Positions 27,953 through 39,227 of a stretch of DNA of 64,000 nucleotides are shown here, piece after piece; the stretch's first letter is position 1; each line of letters starts with the position of its first letter. Below the pieces are notes generated by a model. That model saw only the letters and a list, made by a program, of their open reading frames with translations. It searched no databases and had not been told where the DNA came from. The DNA is from an uncultured delta proteobacterium. Lineage in GTDB: Bacteria; Desulfobacterota; Desulfomonilia; UBA1062. The DNA lies in contig CAWAUM010000005.1 of assembly GCA_963785235.1 (NCBI GenBank), forward strand, positions 352,001 to 416,000, in the 5' to 3' direction. Made by a program: the position numbers and the translations under genes.

Positions 27953-28399
27953 ATGAACATGATAATTGTCAATAATATTAATAAATTAATTGGGATATCC
28001 CTGATGTTTTTCATTGCCTGTATGATATCCTTTTCCTCTGCATATGCAGATACCCTTTCCCAAGCCCTGACTGCTTGGGATCCTGCAGTGATCCATGGAC
28101 GCATTATGGAAGTAGGATCTGACTATATTATCATACAGGAAAAAAAGGTTGTCATCCTTGACACAAGCATCTCGGGAAAGAAGATCAAAACCAGCATCAC
28201 TGATGGCAAGGGTAAGATGCTTGAAAAACAGGATCTGAAAAAGGGGATACTTGTATTTTCCAAAGGATCTATGTCCTTTGATGATAAAATTAAAGGAGAT
28301 GTACTCTTGGCAACAGATATCTATGTTGTCCCACGCCTGCTCAAACCAGAAGACGCTAATGAATATAAAGGAATTATGGAACCTGCAAAGCAGTGGTAG
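27953..28399 (+). CDS. Hypothetical exported protein, last gene of the pilin operon
   Basis: Signal peptide ending AYA; GGGGG RBS; followed by a terminator. Confidence 0.7.
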   Translation: MNMIIVNNINKLIGISLMFFIACMISFSSAYADTLSQALTAWDPAVIHGRIMEVGSDYIIIQEKKVVILDTSISGKKIKTSITDGKGKMLEKQDLKKGILVFSKGSMSFDDKIKGDVLLATDIYVVPRLLKPEDANEYKGIMEPAKQW

Positions 28400-28420
28400 T
28401 TTTCAATTTTAATAATGTGG

Positions 28421-28455
28421 AAAAGGCTCTGGACTTTATACCCGGAGCCTTTTTT
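28421..28455. terminator. Bidirectional intrinsic terminator
   Basis: AAAAGGCTCTGG-loop-CCGGAGCCTTTTTT between convergent genes. Confidence 0.8.
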
Positions 28456-28500
28456 ATATGCTTAAGAGATTCGTAGATTTCCTCAATTTAAAAAAAGGTT

Positions 28501-29613
28501 TTACAGATTAAGGAGGCGTATTGACGCCACATCGCCATCAACCACCATGTCCGCCTGGGTGATCTGTTTTTGTTTGAGACCGTCAAGGATGTCCTGGAGG
28601 CTGCCCTTGATCTGGAGGGTATGGCAGATGGTATGCCCCTGAATGCGGGAGACCGCAATCTTTGTGACCGTGTCCATTGAGCGCAGGGCAGTGAACAAGG
28701 ACTGGTAGGTATCATATTCCTTGACGCCTTCAATGCACAGCTCTTTTTCCCTTAAAACAGGGGTTATAACAGCAACCTTCTTGGTAATTTCTGATCTTAT
28801 CTGGTCAAGAACCGCTGTGATCAAAAGATCGTTCATGGTTTTCACATCGATTGTACCTTTGAGCGTAATGGTTGAATTGAAGATGCGCTGCCTGGTTTTG
28901 ACGTCTATTAATGAGATATCCATGCGGGAATCAAGGCTGAGCGCATCAGAGGATCTATGCGTTATTGTCCCTGTTATGACAAGTTGTGCCCCTGAGTTAG
29001 CTGCCATGGCAACTGTCCGATCAGGCCCTGCAGGCAGCGCCGCGATGTGCTGAGGTACTTCGGATACATTCTCGCCTGCATTCTTGAGCCTCAGTGCAAG
29101 CTGTGTCTCAAAGGGCGAATATCCCTTGGATTTAGCCGCAGACCACCACTCATAACGCTCAGATGCGCCCGGGCCACGGGTTGTTATGGCAAGAAGGATC
29201 AGGGGCCTCAGTCCGAGTGGCGTTGTAAAGGCTTGAGACTGGAGCCATTCTTTCAAGGGTACATCGTTAACTTTTAGATCCAGACTCAGGATAAGAATAT
29301 TCTCCTGCTGTGAACGTGACACAATCTGATATTGGATGATGTCCTGGGTTCCGCGTGAAGCAACAAATCCTTTCAGCTTCTGGGCAAGGTCAACTGCAGA
29401 GCTTGCAGGTACCTGCTTGAGGGCCAGGTCAAGATATGCCTTGTAAAAGGCATCATCATAAGCAATTTTTTCTGCTTGAGATATGTTGCTTCCGGTTATG
29501 GCGCTTATGCCTGAAACTACCAGCGATACTTCAGCACGTGCGGGGCTGAGGCTGATAAATTGCATCAGGATCAGCCAGAAAACCCCGCACGTACTGAGGC
29601 GGGAAATGCTCAT
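28501..29613 (-). CDS. Hypothetical exported protein (possibly DUF2066-like)
   Basis: 370 aa, signal peptide ending ARA, translationally coupled to hfq. Confidence 0.7.
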   Translation of the reverse strand: MSISRLSTCGVFWLILMQFISLSPARAEVSLVVSGISAITGSNISQAEKIAYDDAFYKAYLDLALKQVPASSAVDLAQKLKGFVASRGTQDIIQYQIVSRSQQENILILSLDLKVNDVPLKEWLQSQAFTTPLGLRPLILLAITTRGPGASERYEWWSAAKSKGYSPFETQLALRLKNAGENVSEVPQHIAALPAGPDRTVAMAANSGAQLVITGTITHRSSDALSLDSRMDISLIDVKTRQRIFNSTITLKGTIDVKTMNDLLITAVLDQIRSEITKKVAVITPVLREKELCIEGVKEYDTYQSLFTALRSMDTVTKIAVSRIQGHTICHTLQIKGSLQDILDGLKQKQITQADMVVDGDVASIRLLNL

Positions 29614-29846
29614 CCTGCGAGGAAGTCCTTCAGTTTGGAATTAATCTCAGTTGGTTCAATCCGACCCACTGCATGCTTATAAATTAGGATCGGCTTCTCG
29701 GTCTGGATTAAGATACAGAAGGGGTCGAAACTCTTCACAAAACCTTCAACCTTGGTGTTGTCTACGAGGGTAACAATGATCGGAACCCTTTCCTTGCGTG
29801 CCTGATTCAGAAACTGATCCTGCACGTTAAACACAACTTTTCCCAT
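29610..29846 (-). CDS. hfq: RNA chaperone Hfq
   Basis: NVQDQFLNQARKE, VKSFD, LIYKHAV; AAGGAGG RBS before ATG29846. Confidence 0.93.
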   Translation of the reverse strand: MGKVVFNVQDQFLNQARKERVPIIVTLVDNTKVEGFVKSFDPFCILIQTEKPILIYKHAVGRIEPTEINSKLKDFLAG

Positions 29847-29995
29847 TACAACCTCCTTATGGCGAGGGATCAACTGTTATTACAATCGTTTGTATGTTGT
29901 GCTTGTATTCCTAACGATTTTCCTTATTGCTATATCTATTAATCATAATATTCTATAGATCAAGTCTTTTTTATGTTAGAGCACGATTTTTATAA

Positions 29996-32074
<2,079 letters not shown>

Positions 32075-32078
32075 TACT

Positions 32079-32354
32079 ATGAAGGCCCTCCACCTGATGA
32101 TTCGAGGCAGGGTACAAGGCGTTTGGTTCAGGGCATCAACGCAGGAAACTGCCCGTCAGCTCAGAATTAAGGGATGGGTTCGCAACACACCTGAAGGCCA
32201 TGTTGAAGCGCACATTCAGGGAGATGAGTCGTCTGTTGAGAAAATGCTTTCATGGTGCTCACAGGGCCCACCGGGCGCAAGCGTGGAAGGTATCGATGTC
32301 AGCGAAACAAGTCCGAACGAAGAGTTTAAGGCTTTTAATATACGCTATTATTGA
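32079..32354 (+). CDS. acyP: Acylphosphatase
   Basis: GRVQGVWFR, GWVRN, GPP. Confidence 0.95.
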   Translation: MKALHLMIRGRVQGVWFRASTQETARQLRIKGWVRNTPEGHVEAHIQGDESSVEKMLSWCSQGPPGASVEGIDVSETSPNEEFKAFNIRYY

Positions 32355-32402
32355 TTGTATTTCATGCTTGCATATGAAATCCCTTTGGTATAAGAACTTT
32401 TC

Positions 32403-32443
32403 GCTCCTTGCTCCTTAATTGGGGCTACAAATCCACAAGGAGG
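32403..32443 (+). promoter_or_regulatory. S6:S18-binding ribosomal leader structure
   Basis: CTCCTTG (32404-32410) pairs with CAAGGAG (32436-32442, the SD); inner hairpin; unpaired CCA just before the SD strand. Confidence 0.65.
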
Positions 32444-32448
32444 ATTTC

Positions 32449-32832
32449 ATGAATCTTTACGAGATTATGTTCGTCTTGAATCCCGACATAGGGGAAGATG
32501 AACGGGAAAAGGCAACTACCCGCCTGAAGAACACTATCAGCAAGAACAACGGTGACATCATCCGCTTCGACGACATGGGCTTCAAGAGTCTTACATACAA
32601 GATCAAGAAAAAATCCCGGGGCCACTTTTTCCTGATCAACCTGGAAGGTCCTGGCTCTATGGTCGCCGAGATCGAACGATTTCTGCGTCTAGATGAAAAT
32701 GTCATACGATTCGTCGTTGTAAGGCTTGATAAGCACGTGACAAGACAGGATCTCGAGCCGAAGGTTGAACCTCAACCCGAGGCGTCTCCGGCACCGGCGC
32801 CGGCACCAGAACAGGGGGAGGTAGGAGCTTAA
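32449..32832 (+). CDS. rpsF: 30S ribosomal protein S6
   Basis: [21 protein letters not shown]. Confidence 0.96.
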   Translation: MNLYEIMFVLNPDIGEDEREKATTRLKNTISKNNGDIIRFDDMGFKSLTYKIKKKSRGHFFLINLEGPGSMVAEIERFLRLDENVIRFVVVRLDKHVTRQDLEPKVEPQPEASPAPAPAPEQGEVGA

Positions 32833-32833
32833 C

Positions 32834-33091
32834 ATGCAGGATAGACCGCCAAGAACTTCATCAGGCAGCAAAAAGCCGTACTATAAGAGAAAGACATGCA
32901 GGTTCTGTGAAGAGAAGACACTGCCCATAGACTACAAGGCACCGCATGTGCTTAAGGACTTTATCACTGAACGAGGCAAGATCTTGCCGAGACGCATCAC
33001 AGGCACCTGTTCGCACCACCAGAAGAAACTGGCCACGGAGATAAAGAGGGCAAGGATCATGGCCCTTATTCCATTCACCGTGCACGACTAG
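32834..33091 (+). CDS. rpsR: 30S ribosomal protein S18
   Basis: [25 protein letters not shown]. Confidence 0.97.
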   Translation: MQDRPPRTSSGSKKPYYKRKTCRFCEEKTLPIDYKAPHVLKDFITERGKILPRRITGTCSHHQKKLATEIKRARIMALIPFTVHD

Positions 33092-33095
33092 AGAC

Positions 33096-34016
33096 ATGCC
33101 CCTTATGGGTGGAGACAGGAGGACCCTGTGGATTATCATGGGGGCCTTCTTTATTTTTTGTGTCTTGATAGTCACGGCAACTGAGTTGGCATTGCCTGCT
33201 GCAATGATATTCCCTGCTGCATACTATATGTATGCAGAACGGATACCGTACAGATGGCAGGGGCTTCTAGCTTGTGCACCGCTTACGCTTTCACTGATCC
33301 CGGCATTCTCCTTTGGCGCCATGATATACGCTGCTCTTCTGGCAACAGCTCTTATGATGCACTATTTATTAAAGAGGGCAGACATCGGGCTTGCTGTTGC
33401 AGCGCCATCCATTCTGATCTTTGCTTTTGTGGCAGCGAGCATTTTTTTTGTATCTTATAATAGCGGCAATACTATTGAAGAACTGTTGACCAAATGGGCA
33501 GCACAGGTGGTAGGTGAGATGATGAAGGTTTCTGAAAGTGCGCTCTCTTCGAGCGAACAATCGGAATTCAAACAGAACCTCCAAACCTTCCAGGTAATGA
33601 TCGTCACACTTTTTCCATCAATAATCATATCAAGTTTAGCAGTTATCATGTGGATAAATCTGCTCATTATAACCTGGAAAATCAAGACGATATCTGTAAA
33701 AGAATGGAAAAGCCCGGACTGGATTGTTGCATTTTTCATCCTTGCAGGATTGTTTACCCTGCTTGAGCATAAAATTCTCCAGACAATAGGGCTCAATCTC
33801 TTGGTCCTTGTAGGGCAGGTCTACTTTTTTCAGGGCCTCGCAATTGTCTCGGTTTTCATGGATGAACGCAAGTGGCCCGGCATGATTCGGTGGCCTATTT
33901 ACATTTTAATCTTGATCCAGATATATATGATGATTATTGTAGCCGGATTCGGTTTGTTTGACACCTGGTTTGACTTCAGGAAAAGGATACGAACACCAAA
34001 AGGAGATATACAATGA
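33096..34016 (+). CDS. DUF2232/YybS-family membrane protein
   Basis: Multi-TM, YFFQGLAIV, GLFDTWFDFRKR; conserved position between rpsR and rplI. Confidence 0.85.
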   Translation: MPLMGGDRRTLWIIMGAFFIFCVLIVTATELALPAAMIFPAAYYMYAERIPYRWQGLLACAPLTLSLIPAFSFGAMIYAALLATALMMHYLLKRADIGLAVAAPSILIFAFVAASIFFVSYNSGNTIEELLTKWAAQVVGEMMKVSESALSSSEQSEFKQNLQTFQVMIVTLFPSIIISSLAVIMWINLLIITWKIKTISVKEWKSPDWIVAFFILAGLFTLLEHKILQTIGLNLLVLVGQVYFFQGLAIVSVFMDERKWPGMIRWPIYILILIQIYMMIIVAGFGLFDTWFDFRKRIRTPKGDIQ

Positions 34017-34468
34017 AGGTAGTACTCTTAGAGACGATCGATGGTCTGGGCAGCGTGGGCCAGGAGGTAAAGGTTAAAGATGGCTATGCCAGGAACTATC
34101 TTATCCCCAAGGGATTGGGACTTCTGGCGACCGATTCCAACATTAAGGCCTTTCATGGCAAGATACAGGCGCGCATCAAGTCTGAGGCCAAATCAAAGGA
34201 ACATGCTGCTAAACTCGCTAGTGAGTTATCTGCTGTTACCTTACAATTCAAGGTCAAGACCGGTCAGGAAGGAAAGCTGTTCGGGTCTGTCACCAATGCC
34301 GATATCTTTGATGCCCTCAAAGAGAAGGGATTTGAGGTAGACAAAAAAAAGATTATCCTGACAGACGCCATCAAGCATGTGGGTACGCATGAAGTCGCAG
34401 TCCGCCTCTTTCCGGAAGTGATGGCGCACATAAAAGTGGAGGTGATACCAGAGCCACAAGGCGAATAA
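34013..34468 (+). CDS. rplI: 50S ribosomal protein L9
   Basis: MKVVLL, VKDGYARNYLIP, GKLFGSVT. Confidence 0.97.
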   Translation: MKVVLLETIDGLGSVGQEVKVKDGYARNYLIPKGLGLLATDSNIKAFHGKIQARIKSEAKSKEHAAKLASELSAVTLQFKVKTGQEGKLFGSVTNADIFDALKEKGFEVDKKKIILTDAIKHVGTHEVAVRLFPEVMAHIKVEVIPEPQGE

Positions 34469-34469
34469 G

Positions 34470-35819
34470 ATGGATTCTTCGCCGATCTCTCCTCCCCACA
34501 ACAGGGAAGCAGAAGAATATATACTCGGAGGGGTTCTCATGGAGAACTCCTCATTCGATACTGTATCGGAGATTCTCTCTCCAGCTGATTTCTATGCAGA
34601 GCGGAACAGGATTATCTTTGAGGAGATGATCCGACTCATGGATAAAGGCCTGCCTATCGATCTTGTATCGCTTACAGAGGCTGTCGAGGCAAGAGGGAGG
34701 CTTGATAAGGTTGGCGGCGCATCGTATATTTCTCAACTCTCAGATAACATCCCAACCACCGCGAACATTGAATATTACGCACGGCTTGTAAGGGAAAAGT
34801 GCATACTCAGGTCATTAATCACTGGAGCCGGCGAGATAATCAAGTCAGCAAGGTCGCCTGCCGGAGAGGTCTCTGATGTACTGGACTCTGCAGAGCAGAT
34901 TATTTATGCCATCAATAAACAGGTCAAGGACAGGAAAGGCGGCCTTACCAGGATCGGCGTTCCTCTGCATGACCTGTATCATAACCTGAGCCGAATGGCC
35001 AAAGGAGAGATTGATCAGGGCGTAGTCCCTTCGGGATTCAGCGAGCTTGACAGCCAATTGCTTGGAGGCCTCCACAAATCCGACCTCATAATAGTTGCAG
35101 GCAGGCCTTCAATGGGCAAGACCTCGCTGGCAATAAACATTGCCCAGTATGTTGCGGTAACCGAACAACTTCCCGTTGCAGTTTTTTCTCTTGAAATGGG
35201 TATCGAACAGCTCGTGCTAAGGATGTTGGCCTCAGAGGCATGGATAAACCAGAGCCATGTGCGCTCCGCCACGGCACTTTCCATGCTTAAGAAAGAGGAT
35301 TGGAGCAAACTGCTGGAGGCTTCGGGAAAACTCTCGGAGGCGCCCCTGTATATTGACGACACTCCAGGCATATCACCCATGGAGATCAGAGCCAAGATCC
35401 GCAGGCTCATATCCCAGACAGATGTGCGCATGGTAGTGGTGGATTATCTTCAGCTCATGACTATCAAAGGCCGGTCTGACTCCAGAGAACAGGAGATATC
35501 TGAGATATCCAGGACACTGAAGGCTATAGCCAAGGAATTCAACATACCAGTCGTAGCACTCAGCCAGCTCAATAGAAGGGTAGAGGAGCGCGGCGATAAG
35601 AGGCCTATGATGTCGGATCTCAGGGAATCCGGTGCCATTGAGCAGGATGCAGACGTTATCTGCTTTATTTATCGAGATGATGTATATAATTCAGAAAGCC
35701 TGGAGAAAGGCATTGCCGAGATTATCGTGGCTAAACACAGGAATGGGCCTACTGGTACCATAAAACTGAAATGGATACCGGAATATACAAAATTCTGGGA
35801 GCTTGACTTAAGGCATTAA
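34470..35819 (+). CDS. dnaB: Replicative DNA helicase
   Basis: GRPSMGKT, FSLEM, VDYLQL, LSQLNR, DLRESGAIEQDAD, KHRNGP. Confidence 0.98.
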   Translation: MDSSPISPPHNREAEEYILGGVLMENSSFDTVSEILSPADFYAERNRIIFEEMIRLMDKGLPIDLVSLTEAVEARGRLDKVGGASYISQLSDNIPTTANIEYYARLVREKCILRSLITGAGEIIKSARSPAGEVSDVLDSAEQIIYAINKQVKDRKGGLTRIGVPLHDLYHNLSRMAKGEIDQGVVPSGFSELDSQLLGGLHKSDLIIVAGRPSMGKTSLAINIAQYVAVTEQLPVAVFSLEMGIEQLVLRMLASEAWINQSHVRSATALSMLKKEDWSKLLEASGKLSEAPLYIDDTPGISPMEIRAKIRRLISQTDVRMVVVDYLQLMTIKGRSDSREQEISEISRTLKAIAKEFNIPVVALSQLNRRVEERGDKRPMMSDLRESGAIEQDADVICFIYRDDVYNSESLEKGIAEIIVAKHRNGPTGTIKLKWIPEYTKFWELDLRH

Positions 35820-35842
35820 GAGCTTAGCCTTAATCCCAGATA

Positions 35843-36601
35843 TCAAATCTTTTTCCTTCGCATGGGATATTCGTGTCCTATATGGACGTCTTCAGCAAGG
35901 ATTGAGTTGTGTTTTTCAATGGCAGCCTTGATCCGTTGCAGGGATCTCAACTCAATTTGTCGTACACGCTCCCTGGTCACCCCGATCAGGTTAGCTATGT
36001 CCTTGAGAGTGGCCGGCGGGTCACAGAAGAATCTCTTTTCAATGATGAATACTTCCCGATTGCTCAGGATGGGTGGATCTGAACGCAAGAGGTTAAGCAG
36101 GTAGGCATGTCTCTCCTTGATTGAGTAGAAATCATCCGGATCTGGTCCCTCATAGAGAATGTGATCCATGAGACTTTCTTCATTCTGGGACTCTCCGGCA
36201 ATAATGCAATCCAGAGATACAAGGCCTTTGGCATGGGTGAGCCTGCCTGTATGCACCTGGTAGCTTTTGTGGATGAAATTCTTGATATAGGCCTTTATCC
36301 ACCATATGGCATAGCAGATGAATCTTACCCCCATATCAGGATCAAAACGGGTTAGGGCCTTAACAAGACCCATATTCCCCTCCTGCACTATCTCGAGAGG
36401 ACCATAACCAAGGTAAAAATACGGTCGGCCGATTTTTAATACAAAACGCAAATTAGAAGTGATAATCTTCTTCCCGGCATCTATGTCGCCCTGCTTATAC
36501 TTTCGAGCAAGATCCTGCTCTTCTTCTGGGGTGAGGATGGAATAGTCTTTGATCTTCCGGGTATAGTTTTCAAAATCCGAAGACGGATATCTGCTCCCCA
36601 T
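35843..36601 (-). CDS. Sigma-70-family (RpoH-like) RNA polymerase sigma factor
   Basis: SNLRFV, QEGNMGLVKA..FDP, YAIWWIKA, TLKDIA..GVTRERVRQIE. Confidence 0.88.
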   Translation of the reverse strand: MGSRYPSSDFENYTRKIKDYSILTPEEEQDLARKYKQGDIDAGKKIITSNLRFVLKIGRPYFYLGYGPLEIVQEGNMGLVKALTRFDPDMGVRFICYAIWWIKAYIKNFIHKSYQVHTGRLTHAKGLVSLDCIIAGESQNEESLMDHILYEGPDPDDFYSIKERHAYLLNLLRSDPPILSNREVFIIEKRFFCDPPATLKDIANLIGVTRERVRQIELRSLQRIKAAIEKHNSILAEDVHIGHEYPMRRKKI

Positions 36602-36997
36602 AGACCCTCCCCAAATTTCGGATATTTTAGAATAGCTTATATCTTACACAAAATCAAGAGGCATAATATGTAAAAGATATGCAAACAAAAAAGGACAATA
36701 AATAAGGCATATTGAACAACGCTGATAAAATACAAAACTTGCTAACATTTCACATACATTGAGAGCTCATTCAATAATTATCATTTTATGTTTTTACATC
36801 ATTGATTATAGATCTCTTTTTAAAAAAATGGATATAGACAATAAAAACAACCTTCATGCTGCCAACTACTGCAATAAAAGCACGGATTACATCATCATGA
36901 GGAAAGTATAGAGTACCTCAAAAATCATTGCAATAATTCAATACCGGAGATACATAGACCTCGGGTCACAATCTTTTTAATTCCAAGGAATAAAGGT

Positions 36998-38290
36998 ATG
37001 GAAGACGGATATTTCACCCTGCAGATCGAATCCATGGCTTATGGAGGCAGCGGAGTTGGCCGGAGAAAGGATGGTAAGGTGGTTTTCATACCCCGGGTTA
37101 TCCCTGGAGAGAAGGTTGCCGCAGCTATTAGAAAAGAACATAAGAATTATATAGAAGCCGAAGTTAAGGAACTCCTGGAGGCATCGCCTTGCCGGGTAAC
37201 ACCACCATGTCCGCATTTTTATGACTGTGGCGGATGTGACTGGCAGCATATCATGTATAGAGAACAGATTGCGCTTAAACAGGAAATTCTGAAGGCGCAG
37301 ATAGTTGCAAAAATTCCAAAAACGGACGTGCTCTTTGACAATCCGGAGATATCGTCAAAAGAATTTGAATATCGCTGTCATGCAGTTGTGCAATGTACGC
37401 ATAAAAACGGATTTGACATAGGGTTCTTCCGAAAACAGACAAATACTATTACCCCGTTTGACCGGTGCTTTATACTCAATAAACGTTGTCAGAAAGTGCT
37501 TAATCAGATCAGGGAGATGTTGAGAGACCATCTGATTGCAGGACTCGACTTCATTGAGATCCATGCACCCATGGACGAGGTTCTCGTACGGGTCTTTTTG
37601 AAAGGGCCGCTTTCAAGAGATGCCCTGGATTTTTTTCATGGTGTTTATAGGGTTATAGCCCTGAGCGGCTTATCGATTTTTTCCAAGGACAACCTGTGGC
37701 ATGAACATGTCTTTGGCAAGCGCTTCTGTTTTTATGACATCACTGTGCATGGCAGGAAAGTCATGCTTGCAGGCAGTTTCGGTGGATTCATCCAGGCAAA
37801 CATGTATATGAATCAGAGACTTGTTGAATATGTTCATAATAGTACAAAAGGATCAAAGAAGCTGATCGATCTTTATAGCGGCGCTGGAAACTTCAGCATA
37901 CCGTTGTCTTTCCAGGCAGATGAGGTGCTTGCCGTGGAGCAGGACGAAGGACTGGTAAAGTCAGGGGCAGATCTTGCCCGTAAAAACGGATGTAGAAACC
38001 TACGGTTCATAAACGAAAAGGCTGCCCGAACATTAAAATGGCTGGAAAAGGAAGGTGTTTCGTTTGATGCGGTAGTCATGGACCCACCCAGGGAAGGAGC
38101 CCAGGAAATCGTTCACATTATTCCAAGAATGAAGATCAACAAGGTTGTGTATATATCCTGTAATCCATCCACCCTTGCCCGGGACCTTGCCATTCTCATA
38201 AAAGAAGGATTCAAATTAAAGAGTGCACGTTTTTTCGATATGTTTCCACAGACCTTTCATATCGAATCGGTTTCAGTGCTCGAACGTTAA
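36998..38290 (+). CDS. rlmD: 23S rRNA (uracil-5)-methyltransferase, RlmD/TrmA family
   Basis: TRAM domain, CPHFYDCGGCDWQH, DLYSGAG, DPPREG, YISCNP, DMFPQTFHIE. Confidence 0.92.
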   Translation: MEDGYFTLQIESMAYGGSGVGRRKDGKVVFIPRVIPGEKVAAAIRKEHKNYIEAEVKELLEASPCRVTPPCPHFYDCGGCDWQHIMYREQIALKQEILKAQIVAKIPKTDVLFDNPEISSKEFEYRCHAVVQCTHKNGFDIGFFRKQTNTITPFDRCFILNKRCQKVLNQIREMLRDHLIAGLDFIEIHAPMDEVLVRVFLKGPLSRDALDFFHGVYRVIALSGLSIFSKDNLWHEHVFGKRFCFYDITVHGRKVMLAGSFGGFIQANMYMNQRLVEYVHNSTKGSKKLIDLYSGAGNFSIPLSFQADEVLAVEQDEGLVKSGADLARKNGCRNLRFINEKAARTLKWLEKEGVSFDAVVMDPPREGAQEIVHIIPRMKINKVVYISCNPSTLARDLAILIKEGFKLKSARFFDMFPQTFHIESVSVLER

Positions 38291-38378
38291 AATCCACCCC
38301 TTTTTAATGTAATATCTCTAGAAGGCAATTCAGTTTTTAACTAGACAAAGGAATGAACCGGCTTGTATATGAATCCTG

Positions 38379-39227
38379 ATGATCGTCGGGATCATAAGCA
38401 AAGAGGATAACCCAGAAGCCCTTGCCCTTTCCAAGCGGGTTGTCCGCTGGATGCAAGATGCAGGATTACTTTGTCTTATCGAAAACCATATCGCCGATTA
38501 CCTCAAAATTGAGCATACTGATGACGCATGGACTAATTCGGAAGTCCTTATTGCCATTGGCGGTGATGGAACTTTTCTGAGGGCCATACGTATGGCTGCA
38601 CCCCGGGAAATACCTGTTCTCGGAATTCATATGGGCAACCTGGGGTTCCTTACCGAGGTCATGGAAGACGAAGTATTTAAAGCCCTGGATGCCCTGAAAA
38701 GCGGTCAATACATAAGGGATGAGCGAACCATGTTTGAGGTAACCCTCTTAAGGGGCGATGTAACCATTGCCTCACAGCATGTGCTCAACGATGTTGTTAT
38801 CAACAAGGGAGCTCTGGCACGCATTATAGACATTGAGGTGTGGACCGACTCCTCTTTCATCACCTGTTATCGAGCAGACGGCCTCATCATATCCACCCCT
38901 ACCGGATCAACAGCTTATAACCTTGCTGCAGGCGGACCTATAGTACACCCGCATGTTGATGCAATCATTCTCAATCCCATATGTCCGCATGTTCTTTCCA
39001 ACAGGAGCCTCGTACTTCCTGATTCCCAGGAGGTTATCATTGTAGTCAAATCCAGCAAGGCCTCGGATAATATTTATCTTACCCTTGACGGACAGAAAGG
39101 ACACCCTCTTCAGGCAGGGGACCGGCTTAGTATCAAGAAGGGGCCCAGAAAGGCCATAATGTTGAGATTCCCGCAGAGGGATTATTTCGAAATTCTCAGA
39201 AGCAAACTCAAGTGGCAGGAGAGATGA
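38379..39227 (+). CDS. nadK: NAD kinase
   Basis: GGDGT, GNLGFL, LND, TPTGSTAYNLAAGGP. Confidence 0.96.
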   Translation: MIVGIISKEDNPEALALSKRVVRWMQDAGLLCLIENHIADYLKIEHTDDAWTNSEVLIAIGGDGTFLRAIRMAAPREIPVLGIHMGNLGFLTEVMEDEVFKALDALKSGQYIRDERTMFEVTLLRGDVTIASQHVLNDVVINKGALARIIDIEVWTDSSFITCYRADGLIISTPTGSTAYNLAAGGPIVHPHVDAIILNPICPHVLSNRSLVLPDSQEVIIVVKSSKASDNIYLTLDGQKGHPLQAGDRLSIKKGPRKAIMLRFPQRDYFEILRSKLKWQER

